A model generated the notes under the pieces. That model saw nothing but the letters and a program-made list of their open reading frames with translations. It had not been told where the DNA came from and made no database searches. A program made the translations under genes and the position numbers. Positions 9,176 through 18,308 of a stretch of 64,000 nucleotides of DNA are shown here, in pieces (the stretch's first letter is position 1; the number at the start of each line of letters is the position of its first letter). The stretch covers positions 32,001-96,000 of the IMG/VR virus record IMGVR_UViG_2595698357_000001; one strand, written 5' to 3'. The DNA comes from a virus. Lineage: Duplodnaviria > Caudoviricetes.

Positions 9176-9827
9176 TTTTAGCCTCCAACATCATAATATG
9201 AGCCATGGTCGTCACGCTTTTGATAAGCTGGACTGAAGTCGAGTAACGGGTGTTATCATCTATTGGTTGCCAGCCACAATTTGTAAGAACTCTATCGTTC
9301 AACATGCCATGCACCATAGTGAATACCTGATTCATGATATTCTTTGCGCCAGGTGTCAAACAAGCCTTTCCGTTGCCAAGCAACAGGGTACGAGACAATT
9401 CGCGCATAAGGCCAATGGTGTTCTGGGTATCACCGGACATGACCATGAATGGACGCCTTTTGAGATAGACCATCCGTTCAGCATGGGACGATGGGGGAGT
9501 GCCAGCCATGTAGAAATTGAGTTCCTGGTCAGCGTGAACCAGAAGACGATCCTGGTTGAGGTCAATGAACAGGATATCCCCGTTGCGAGTCATGATATCG
9601 GCGGCGGTTTCAAACTGCTTCATGAAAGCCTGGTCCACAATGATGTGGTCTTTGTCAGACGGCGCCATGAAGATGAGGTAGAACGCCTTGGTATTATGAT
9701 CCTGGTGCCATTGCCAACCAGCAGGCGTCGGGTATACCGGGGCGATGAAATTGATATTGTTACTGTTAATCCAACTCACGATTTCGGTGATGCGTGCGTT
9801 GCGGTTTGCTTCTTTCGAGGTCTTCAT
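9117..9827 (-). CDS. hypothetical protein (236 aa)
   Basis: AGGAGA SD before ATG at 9827. Promoter at 9865-9890. Confidence 0.75.
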   Translation of the reverse strand: MKTSKEANRNARITEIVSWINSNNINFIAPVYPTPAGWQWHQDHNTKAFYLIFMAPSDKDHIIVDQAFMKQFETAADIMTRNGDILFIDLNQDRLLVHADQELNFYMAGTPPSSHAERMVYLKRRPFMVMSGDTQNTIGLMRELSRTLLLGNGKACLTPGAKNIMNQVFTMVHGMLNDRVLTNCGWQPIDDNTRYSTSVQLIKSVTTMAHIMMLEAKSANKSEGSVQPQDFGGQED

Positions 9828-9864
9828 TGTGTATCTCCTGCCCTTCAACGTTTAAGATGGAGCT

Positions 9865-9890
9865 ATCATATGCTGGTCGTGTTTATTGAA
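9865..9890 (-). promoter_or_regulatory. TTCAAT-N14 class promoter
   Basis: TTCAAT-N14-TATGAT on the minus strand. Confidence 0.7.
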
Positions 9891-9915
9891 AAAGGATGGC
9901 CGAAAACCCATGAGA

Positions 9916-9922
9916 CTAAATA
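9916..9922 (+). promoter_or_regulatory. late promoter CTAAATA
   Basis: Upstream of the VriC-like gene. Confidence 0.65.
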
Positions 9923-9956
9923 ATAGAAATCGCCCCCATATACTGGAGCAAGTAAA

Positions 9957-12900
9957 ATGCAATCAACCAATCTAAACGTCAAGCCGTATTTCGATGACTT
10001 CGATGAGGCCAAGGGGTTCCAACGTATCCTGTTCCGCCCTAGCCCAATCAAGGTGCAGACCAGGGAACTGAACCAAATCCAGTCCATTTTCGCGAACCAG
10101 ATCGAGAAGTTTGCCAACAACATCTTCAAAGATGGTTCCGTTGTCATCCCCGGCGGTCTGACCATTACCAACTCCCAAGTTTCCATGAAGTTCAAGTTGG
10201 CGGGTGGCAGCGAATTCACTGACCTGGAAGGCATCCAGGAGCTGTATGTTCAGTCGAAGGAAACCGGGGTGAACGGCCGCATTCTTAGCCTGTCACGTTA
10301 TGTATCCGAGCCTGACACGATGTTCGCCATCATTGAGATGATCGACTCCGGTACAGGTACGACCAACAGCTTCGTTCCAGATGAAGATCTGTATTTCAAC
10401 ACCTACGATGCCAACGATGTGTCTATCCGCGTCGGTTACGGCGTTGTCGGCACCCTGGGCGGCGCGATCGTAGCCCGCATGACCAAGGGCGTCTACTATG
10501 TCCGGGGTATGTTCATTGATGTTGAAGACCAGATGCTGGTTGTCGACGCCAACCACAACGATACTGACCACAAGGTCGGTTTCAACGTGGAAGAGCAGAT
10601 CATCACTGAGGCTGAAGACAATTCTCTGTACTCCAACGCGCAGGGCACCCCAAACAGCAAGGCTCCAGGCGCACACCGTCTGCGTGTTATGCTGACCCTG
10701 AAGCGCGCCGGGTATGCTGAGGCCATCGATAACTTCGTGGAGCTGGCTAAGATCAAAGGCGGTAAGATTCAGACCATGGTCACCCAGACCACTTACAACC
10801 TGATCGAAGACGCCATGGCGCAGCGCACCTATGAGCAGGCTGGTGACTACAACGTGTCCGCGCACCAAATCGACCTGCGTGAGCACCTGAAGACTGACAC
10901 CAACGGTGGGGTGTACACTCCTGAAGAAGGTGGTGACGCCAGCAAGATGGTTGCGGTCATGAAGCCGGGTATCTCCTATGTTCGCGGCTACCGTGTGCAA
11001 AACCAAGGCGAAATCAACGTCGTCATCGACAAGGCGCGCGACACTGCCAATGTCAACAACATCCCGGTTGCTGTTGCTACTGGTAACTTCCTGACGACCA
11101 AAGCGTCTAAAGGCGTACCGGTTATCAGCCGCTCTACGCGCTATCGTCTCCTCAACTCGTCTGGTGGCCAGATCGGTACAGCTTTGCTGATTTCGGCAGA
11201 GAGAAGTGGCGCTGAGTTCCGTCTCTTCCTGCGTGACATCGTATGGACTGGTGATCGCACTACCTTCGCCAAGATCTCCTACCAGGACAGTGGTGTGACG
11301 CGCTTCATTTCCGACCTGGAGTCCAAAGAGTTCAGCCAATCGTCCTCACTGGATCTCCTTTTCGACCTGCCTGTGTTCGGTGTCAAGTCGCTCATCGTTG
11401 GTGAGAACATCGACATCAACTACAGCGTGATGCGCTCGTACAAGATCGCACTGGACAGCACCGGCTCTGGTTCGGTTGCCGCTCCTGCTGGTTACAGCTT
11501 CTCCCCTGAGTTCGCTCTGTATGCTGGCGCGAAGTCCGACGGCTCGGCTGCACAGATCGATGTGAGCAACGCCTTGACCTTGTCTGGTACTCCGGTCGGT
11601 TCGGCGCTGACCATCCATCTGTCTTCTGGCTCTGCTAACCAAGAGATCATGCTGATGGCGCTGATGGTACGCACCACGGCTGTGATCAAGAGCAAGACCA
11701 TGTCTGAGATCACCGACACTGTGACGTTCACCAACGAAAGCAGCAAGGTGCTGACCCAGGCTGACGGCCAGAAGTTGGTGCAGGTACGCGATGCTACTGG
11801 TGCTGATGTGACCGGCAACTTCTCGTTCGACGGTGGCCAGCGTGACGCGGGGTATTACCCATCGACGTTGTCTTCTAACCTGGGCAACATCGCGGGCGTT
11901 TTCACTGTGAAATATCAATACTTCGCTCACAGCGCGGGTGATTTCTTCACGGCTGACTCCTACAACTCGATCCCGTATGAGACCATTCCGAACTACACAT
12001 CCCAGTCTTCTGGTACCGTGTATGGCCTGGCCGACTCCATCGACTTCCGTGGCAAGATCACCAACGGCGGCTCTGACACCGATATGGTTCGTCCGAACTC
12101 CGCTATCATCATGGATGTTCAATACTATCTGCCTCGTATCGATGCAGTGTATGTGTCTGCGGAAGGTAAATTCGGCGCGGCTCGTGGTATCAGTTCTGAC
12201 AAATTGGCCAGCCCGGCTATCCCGGACAACGCCATGCGTCTTTACGAGCTGATGATTCCTCCGTACACTCCAAATATCGACAACGTGAGCATCAACACGA
12301 TCGATAACCGTCGTTACACCATGCGTGATATCGGCAAGCTGGAGAAGCGTATTGAGAACGTCGAATACTACACCACTCTGTCTCAGCTGGAATCCTCGGC
12401 CGCGACTCAGCAGGTGTTCGACCCAATAACCGGCAACCCACGCTACAAGAACGGTATCGCAGCTGACCCATTCAAGGACTATCGTCTGATCGATGACCTG
12501 TCCTCCGACTGGCGTGGCTCCATCGATACTGACACTGGTCGCCTGCGTCCGTTCGTACAGCAGAACGTCATCGACATGGCTCCTGACTCTTCATGGACTG
12601 CCATCAAGGATGGTATGGTGTGCTGTGTGTCTACTCTGGACGTGTCTGTTGCCCAGGACTACGCGACGTCGACGATCAACGTCAACCCGTATGCCGTGTT
12701 CAACTGGAACGGTTACATCAAGCTGACCCCGACCACCGACTACTGGTTCGAGAACTACTATGTTGAGCCTCGCATCATCAACGAGACCATCAACACCCGT
12801 GGTACTGTCCAGCCGGGTAGCGTGTACGGCACCTGGAGAACCGTGTCTGTGTCTGAGCGCGTGTGGGAACCACATGGTGCGGGCGGCGTTTGGTGGGGCT

Positions 12901-14804
12901 ACCGTTACCGGACGACTGTGTCTACCCGTGACGTCACGACTTACACCTACACCGACCAGACCACCACGAACTTCGCCGGTGAGCAGATCGTCGAGACCCA
13001 GGTCATCCCGTACATGCGTGAGACCCAGGTTCGTTTCGAGGCTTCAGGTCTGCGCCCGTTCACCAACATGTATGCCTTCTTCTCCGGCCGCAACGTGAAC
13101 GCATACGTTCAGCAGGACGGTAAAGGTAAGGGCGCACAGATGGTGTCCGACGCTAACGGCAACGTGTTCGGTACGTTCTTCGTCCCGCGCAACGACGCCA
13201 TCAAGTTCAACACTGGTGACAACGTGTTCCGCCTGTCTGACAACGCGAATGATAGCCGTGATGAAGACGAGACCCGCACCAGCGCTGAGGCTGTTCACAA
13301 GTCCTTCGGTAAGAAGCAGGGCATCCAGAAGACGTTCGTCAACACGCGCGTCCTGGGTTACACTGCTCAGACCCGTCAGGAGAGCAGCACCAGTGAAGTG
13401 GTTGTCGACACCTGGCGTGACCCGATTGCTCAGTCCTTCATGGTGGCTACCACTCGTGGTGGTGAGTATATCGAGGCGATTGACGTGTACTTCTCCACCA
13501 AGTCTCGCGACGTTCCAATCACCATGGAAATCCGTGAGATGGAGAACGGCCTGCCTGCGTCTACGGTCATCACCCGCAAGACCCTGAACCCGACTCAGGT
13601 ATCGGTGTCTACCAACTCGTCTGTTGCTACCCGGTTCACGTTTGACTATCCAGTCTACCTGAACGCCAACACCGAGTTCGCTGTTGTTCTTCTGGCTAAC
13701 ACCCAGGACTACAACGCATTCATCGCTGAGATGGGCAAGAAAAACCTGCTGAGCAACGAGTACATCGCCAAACAGCCTTACACCGGCGTGTTCTTCACCT
13801 CGTCCAACGGTTCCACCTGGTCTCCAAACCAGATGGCAGACTTGAAGTTCCGTCTGTACCGTGGCCGCTATGCTCAGAACCCGAACGTTGTTCTGTTCAA
13901 CCCTAAAGCTGGCCCACAGTATCGCCCTCTGGGGCTGAACGTAGCCAAAGCGACCAAGTCCTCCGCCACTGTGGTGATATTTGCTCCAGGGCACGGCCTG
14001 ACCACGAACAACAATGTGGTTCTGAAAGGCATGACTGGTGGCTCTGGCATCACGGCTGAAATGCTGAACAAGACTCATGTCGTAACCGACGCGTCTTACA
14101 GCTCCTTCAGCATCAACGTGTCTGCCCCGGCTGACAGTGACGGTACTATAGGTGGCGCTGATGGCTCATTCCTGGGCAACTACCTGGTGAACATGTTCTA
14201 CGCCAGCGTGTCCAAGTCTGTAGTTGACGGCTGCTCTCTGCTGCTGGAGTACCGCTATCGTGATGCTGCCTCTAACTCCTTCTCCGACTGGATCGAGTTT
14301 GAGGCTGATACTGATGTGCCATTGCCTACCGAAGGCATCTATCGTGCCACCACGGACTTCCAGGTGCGCGCTACGATGACCCCAGGCAGTGCCAACCCGT
14401 TCATCGCTCCTCAGATTGACGGCGGGGACTTCAGCATCATTCTCAACAGCTACGGGGTTGACCCATTTGAGGACGTGTTCACCTACGTCACCAAAGACCT
14501 GGGCTTCGACAACCCGTGCACTACCGCCAAACTGTTCTTCGGGGCTATGTTGCCGTCCCAGAGCAGCATGGTTGTACAGGCGAAGGTCATCCGTGCCGGC
14601 CAGACCTCCAACGACGTTGAGTGGCAGAACCTGTCACCACAATCGCCGCTGGTGAATGACGGCTCGAACTTCTTTGAATATGAGTACGATCTGACTGTAG
14701 GCACCAACAACCCGTTTGTTGGCCTGAAGATCCGTGCTCTGGTGCGTGGCTCCCGTGTGGCTCCACCATCCTTCAAAGATTTCCGGATGATCGCATTGGC
14801 TTAA
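9957..14804 (+). CDS. vriC: large baseplate-associated virion protein (VriC/VrlC-like, DUF4815-type)
   Basis: 1615 aa. NLNVKPYFDDFD..FQRILFRP..VQTRELNQIQS N-terminus, APGAHR and DPIAQSF motifs. Position between tailspikes and neck genes is typical of ViI-like phages. Confidence 0.88.
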   Translation: MQSTNLNVKPYFDDFDEAKGFQRILFRPSPIKVQTRELNQIQSIFANQIEKFANNIFKDGSVVIPGGLTITNSQVSMKFKLAGGSEFTDLEGIQELYVQSKETGVNGRILSLSRYVSEPDTMFAIIEMIDSGTGTTNSFVPDEDLYFNTYDANDVSIRVGYGVVGTLGGAIVARMTKGVYYVRGMFIDVEDQMLVVDANHNDTDHKVGFNVEEQIITEAEDNSLYSNAQGTPNSKAPGAHRLRVMLTLKRAGYAEAIDNFVELAKIKGGKIQTMVTQTTYNLIEDAMAQRTYEQAGDYNVSAHQIDLREHLKTDTNGGVYTPEEGGDASKMVAVMKPGISYVRGYRVQNQGEINVVIDKARDTANVNNIPVAVATGNFLTTKASKGVPVISRSTRYRLLNSSGGQIGTALLISAERSGAEFRLFLRDIVWTGDRTTFAKISYQDSGVTRFISDLESKEFSQSSSLDLLFDLPVFGVKSLIVGENIDINYSVMRSYKIALDSTGSGSVAAPAGYSFSPEFALYAGAKSDGSAAQIDVSNALTLSGTPVGSALTIHLSSGSANQEIMLMALMVRTTAVIKSKTMSEITDTVTFTNESSKVLTQADGQKLVQVRDATGADVTGNFSFDGGQRDAGYYPSTLSSNLGNIAGVFTVKYQYFAHSAGDFFTADSYNSIPYETIPNYTSQSSGTVYGLADSIDFRGKITNGGSDTDMVRPNSAIIMDVQYYLPRIDAVYVSAEGKFGAARGISSDKLASPAIPDNAMRLYELMIPPYTPNIDNVSINTIDNRRYTMRDIGKLEKRIENVEYYTTLSQLESSAATQQVFDPITGNPRYKNGIAADPFKDYRLIDDLSSDWRGSIDTDTGRLRPFVQQNVIDMAPDSSWTAIKDGMVCCVSTLDVSVAQDYATSTINVNPYAVFNWNGYIKLTPTTDYWFENYYVEPRIINETINTRGTVQPGSVYGTWRTVSVSERVWEPHGAGGVWWGYRYRTTVSTRDVTTYTYTDQTTTNFAGEQIVETQVIPYMRETQVRFEASGLRPFTNMYAFFSGRNVNAYVQQDGKGKGAQMVSDANGNVFGTFFVPRNDAIKFNTGDNVFRLSDNANDSRDEDETRTSAEAVHKSFGKKQGIQKTFVNTRVLGYTAQTRQESSTSEVVVDTWRDPIAQSFMVATTRGGEYIEAIDVYFSTKSRDVPITMEIREMENGLPASTVITRKTLNPTQVSVSTNSSVATRFTFDYPVYLNANTEFAVVLLANTQDYNAFIAEMGKKNLLSNEYIAKQPYTGVFFTSSNGSTWSPNQMADLKFRLYRGRYAQNPNVVLFNPKAGPQYRPLGLNVAKATKSSATVVIFAPGHGLTTNNNVVLKGMTGGSGITAEMLNKTHVVTDASYSSFSINVSAPADSDGTIGGADGSFLGNYLVNMFYASVSKSVVDGCSLLLEYRYRDAASNSFSDWIEFEADTDVPLPTEGIYRATTDFQVRATMTPGSANPFIAPQIDGGDFSIILNSYGVDPFEDVFTYVTKDLGFDNPCTTAKLFFGAMLPSQSSMVVQAKVIRAGQTSNDVEWQNLSPQSPLVNDGSNFFEYEYDLTVGTNNPFVGLKIRALVRGSRVAPPSFKDFRMIALA

Positions 14805-14861
14805 ATATGAGAGGGGTATAGAATTCTATACCCCAACTTCACACCAAATGAGGGATACATT

Positions 14862-15089
14862 ATGAGAGGCATCAAAGTTTTAGGCCATGCGTCCATGTTG
14901 AGAAGCTCTGCTTGTCCTGGCCTCATCGTGTCTACAAACCACGATGCTGCCAATGCGGCGTTTAAAGCCCGCGCGCACGGTGAGTTAAGAGAGCAAATGC
15001 TGGAGTTGCAAGGACGTCAAATCAGGGAACTACAAGACACCCTGCAGATGCTGCTCAAGGCTCAGTCTGGAGGTAAAACCGATGGCTAG
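14862..15089 (+). CDS. hypothetical virion-region protein
   Basis: GAGG SD. 75 aa with coiled-coil C-terminus. Confidence 0.7.
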   Translation: MRGIKVLGHASMLRSSACPGLIVSTNHDAANAAFKARAHGELREQMLELQGRQIRELQDTLQMLLKAQSGGKTDG

Positions 15090-15414
15090 CTCAAACGAGA
15101 TCATCAAGCAAGTCATAATTGGAGTGGCGACTTCGGCCGTCATATCTGTGGCGTCCGTGGCATGGTTTCTTGGCAGCATCGAGAACCGAGTTAACGGACT
15201 GGAGAAGGACACATCCAAGGTCGATATGGTGTATGACAAATTAAACGTCATATCCCAACAGATGGCTGTCCTGTCGAATGACGTCAACTATGTGAAGGAG
15301 AACGTGAAAGACCTTCGCGCCAACTCCAACGTGTTGAATAGCGACGTCAGAAAGCTGCAGCAGGATGTCACCATCTTGCAGCGCGAAGACAAGGGGTTCC
15401 GAAATGGCAGCTAA
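15082..15414 (+). CDS. hypothetical membrane-anchored coiled-coil protein
   Basis: GGAGG SD. Hydrophobic VIIGVATSAVISVASVAWFLG followed by heptads. Confidence 0.75.
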   Translation: MASSNEIIKQVIIGVATSAVISVASVAWFLGSIENRVNGLEKDTSKVDMVYDKLNVISQQMAVLSNDVNYVKENVKDLRANSNVLNSDVRKLQQDVTILQREDKGFRNGS

Positions 15415-16156
15415 GAAGATCCTCAACCAAGATGACTTCCGGGCGTATATCCTGCGCAAACTCGGCGCGCCGGTTATCATGATCAACCTGGATAAAGAGC
15501 AGGTCGATGACGCCATCAACGATGCCCTACAGAAATTCTGGGAGTACCATCGTGACGGTAGTCAGCAGAGCGCCTATATCTACCAGGTGACTCAGGAAGA
15601 CGTGGATCGTGGATATATCAAAGTTCCCGAAAACATCGATGACGTGGTAACAGTCATCCCTGGCCCACCTATCGAATCCATCGGTAACTGGGCTACCCCC
15701 CAGTGGCAGATGGCCCAGTCAATGCTTGTACCCAAGGCAGCGCTGGTCTCGATACGCCTGGTCGACTATGTGTCCATGCAACAACGCCTATCTGATATCG
15801 GCAGCGTCCTGAACAACTTCAAAGAGTTCGTCTACAAGAAGTACCAGCGTCGCCTGTACCCGCGCTTCCGCATCGAGAAAGATTACATGTTGGCATTTGA
15901 ATGCTATGAAAACATCGATCCTACCGATGAAGAAAACCAGGAAGCCTGGAACGATATGTGGCTCAAAGCGTATGCGACCGCTCTGGTCAAACGGCGCTGG
16001 GCTGAGGTGCTCAAGAAGGCCAGGGGCATCAAACTCCCTGGTGGTATTGAACTCGACGGTGACACCATGTACAATGAGGCCATCGACGAGATCAAGGAAC
16101 TTGAGGATAACCTCCAGAACGGCCAGCAATACCCCATTGAATTCATGATGGGCTGA
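15404..16156 (+). CDS. gp13: neck protein gp13
   Basis: YILRKLGAPVI.INL...QVDDAI, W.K.YATALVK..W and LPGG..LDG motifs. Confidence 0.92.
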   Translation: MAAKKILNQDDFRAYILRKLGAPVIMINLDKEQVDDAINDALQKFWEYHRDGSQQSAYIYQVTQEDVDRGYIKVPENIDDVVTVIPGPPIESIGNWATPQWQMAQSMLVPKAALVSIRLVDYVSMQQRLSDIGSVLNNFKEFVYKKYQRRLYPRFRIEKDYMLAFECYENIDPTDEENQEAWNDMWLKAYATALVKRRWAEVLKKARGIKLPGGIELDGDTMYNEAIDEIKELEDNLQNGQQYPIEFMMG

Positions 16157-16159
16157 CAC

Positions 16160-16181
16160 AGGGAGCTTCGGCTCCCTTTTT
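16160..16181 (+). terminator. intrinsic terminator
   Basis: AGGGAGC-TTCG-GCTCCCT-TTTT. Confidence 0.8.
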
Positions 16182-16243
16182 CATAATCACTCCCCTTGAA
16201 TTCCCCGGACTAAGTATATTCATATTGTCTAGGAGAATTTCAC

Positions 16244-16888
16244 ATGGCCACCTCAAAATATTTCAACTACGGCAACCATGTCGGCACTCAGCGGTTGATT
16301 GAAGACCTGGTGGCCGAGATGATCCAACAGCGCGGTGTTGATGCCAAATACCTGCCTCGCTGCATCATCGACAAGAATCCGATTCTGAACGAATCTGACC
16401 ACCAGTTCAAGGAAGCCATCGACCTCGAGATTTACATCGAGGAGATTATGGGCTTCAACGATCTGATGTGGGAGAAGTTCGGCGGCTTGCAGATGCAGGA
16501 TGAGGTGACGTTCACCCTGAGCCAGAAGCGCTGGCGTGAAGTGGTGGCGACCAGTGATGCCCGTGACCAGACGCCCCAGGAGGGTGATATCATCTGGTTG
16601 CCCGTGGCCGGTAAGGCGTACAAGGTCAACAACATCAACAACGATGACGACTTCCTTCAATATGGTAAGTATTACACCTACCATCTGAAATGCACTCTGT
16701 TCCAGTTTGGCAACGAAGATATCGAAACTGGTGATGATGAAATCGACGATATCGATACCCGTCTACAGAAGCTGGATGACAATGATTACTTCGAGGATAC
16801 TCTCAAAGAGATGGATAACATGTTCAACAATGACATCGAAAAAGAGATATCCAACAACAAATCGAAACTGGATTTTGGAGATAAATGA
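16244..16888 (+). CDS. gp14: neck protein gp14
   Basis: LIEDLVAE.IQ.RG.D.KYLPR, KFG, P.EGDII and E.IETG..EID motifs. Synteny. Confidence 0.92.
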   Translation: MATSKYFNYGNHVGTQRLIEDLVAEMIQQRGVDAKYLPRCIIDKNPILNESDHQFKEAIDLEIYIEEIMGFNDLMWEKFGGLQMQDEVTFTLSQKRWREVVATSDARDQTPQEGDIIWLPVAGKAYKVNNINNDDDFLQYGKYYTYHLKCTLFQFGNEDIETGDDEIDDIDTRLQKLDDNDYFEDTLKEMDNMFNNDIEKEISNNKSKLDFGDK

Positions 16889-17610
16889 CCATGGCTGCTC
16901 CATTTGAAAAATACGTGTACCGTGGCTCCATCTTCCGTTACCTGGAGCTGTTCAGCGTCGTCATGAGCCGTCTCAAGATTGATACTGAGCGCGGGCTGAT
17001 GCAGGTGCCTATCACGGCTGCGGTCGGGCGTCGTAATGACCTCAACCGTAACCAGCCCGTGAACGCCTTGCCCGTGGCCACGTACATGCTTGGTGACAGC
17101 TTCGAGATTAACAAGGCGATCACGTCATCTTACAAGAATCGCCTGACCTCAGACCATGCTGTCAGCATCCAGCGCATCCCGATCATCTTGCCGGTTGAGT
17201 ACAACCTGAAGACCAAGAAGTACGGCGACGCTCTACAGGCAATCGAACAGATCTACACCACATTCACTCCAAGCCTGGACGTCACAATGGAAGACGCCAA
17301 GACGCTCAAGCAGGAACAGAATATCAAGATCCGGTTGCTGAGCCATAGTGTCATAGACAACTGGGAGAATGATGGCGTGACCCCAATCTGGTATGGCACG
17401 ACTTTCAACTTCGAGATTCATGGCTTTATATACGGTTATGACTTTTGGAATGATACTGATGGCGGTGAGGGTGGCGGCGATCCTAACAACCCACACGTCA
17501 TCAAAGAAGTTATCGTGAAATTGAGTACCGACATGAACACACCATGGCAAGACCTGGATGAGTGGTTCCGTGTCGATAAAGAAGGTGTACATCACCCAGG
17601 AGATGCCTGA
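16885..17610 (+). CDS. gp15: tail sheath stabilizer/completion protein gp15
   Basis: Synteny after gp14. Q.IEQI...F.P motif. Confidence 0.85.
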   Translation: MTMAAPFEKYVYRGSIFRYLELFSVVMSRLKIDTERGLMQVPITAAVGRRNDLNRNQPVNALPVATYMLGDSFEINKAITSSYKNRLTSDHAVSIQRIPIILPVEYNLKTKKYGDALQAIEQIYTTFTPSLDVTMEDAKTLKQEQNIKIRLLSHSVIDNWENDGVTPIWYGTTFNFEIHGFIYGYDFWNDTDGGEGGGDPNNPHVIKEVIVKLSTDMNTPWQDLDEWFRVDKEGVHHPGDA

Positions 17611-18308
17611 TGAGCAGTTCAAAAATGTCCCAGAACCTTCTGAAGACGCTGGACGCCCTTGAAGCGAAGGACAATGTCATTCAGAGCACCCCACTCCCAG
17701 GGTTCGAGCCAGGTAAGGATTATGACCCAGATACCGGCGAGTGGACTGGTGATCCCCCGGCTGGCTATGAGCCTATGGTGGCTCCAGAGATCCGTGTGGA
17801 GACAAGGGAGTCCAAGGCTCCTGACTTCTCTAACAGTGATGCCCGTACTGACTATGTTCGCATCCGTGACACCACCTATGCGATGCAGGAAGCAACCCTG
17901 CATATGATGGGTGAGGCGGCTAAGCTGGCTGCTAATACCGAAGCCCCAAGGGCGTTCAGCGTGTTTCGCGAGCTGGGTGAACTGATGCGCGGTCTTAACA
18001 AGGATCTCATGGAGAACCTGAAGACTTACAAGACCGTCACTGTTGGGGATGACCCTTCAACCGACAATGAGACCAACGTCACAGTCAAGACCAATGAGGA
18101 CGGCAGCACCGAAGTTCGCGTCGGCCAGAAGCGGTCTTCCCGTGACCTGTTGAAAGCAATTCGTGAGGCCAAGCGCACTCTCAATGATCGTGAGGCTGAA
18201 GAAGCCACCGATGTTGAAGGCGAGGTGGTTGAGAAGGCTGAATCCCAACCAGAAGCTCAGCCTGAAACACCTGTAGAGGAAACTGCAGATGGCGTACCAG
18301 AAGCGTGA
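17610..18308 (+). CDS. gp16: terminase small subunit gp16
   Basis: DY..IR and E.PRAFSV...L motifs. Directly upstream of gp17. Confidence 0.85.
   Translation: MSSSKMSQNLLKTLDALEAKDNVIQSTPLPGFEPGKDYDPDTGEWTGDPPAGYEPMVAPEIRVETRESKAPDFSNSDARTDYVRIRDTTYAMQEATLHMMGEAAKLAANTEAPRAFSVFRELGELMRGLNKDLMENLKTYKTVTVGDDPSTDNETNVTVKTNEDGSTEVRVGQKRSSRDLLKAIREAKRTLNDREAEEATDVEGEVVEKAESQPEAQPETPVEETADGVPEA

Noticed and set aside
8993-9923. Plus-strand ORFs 8993..9181 and 9267..9923
   Set aside because: They are antisense to an operon that has a promoter, SDs and a terminator, and they have weak start codons.
10293-14078. Long antisense ORFs (348, 258, 344 aa) inside vriC, and similar ones opposite gp17, gp18, gp20, gp22, uvsW, vWA and DinG
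   Set aside because: These are shadow frames caused by strong codon bias of the sense genes. They have no SD or promoter and no recognisable motifs.
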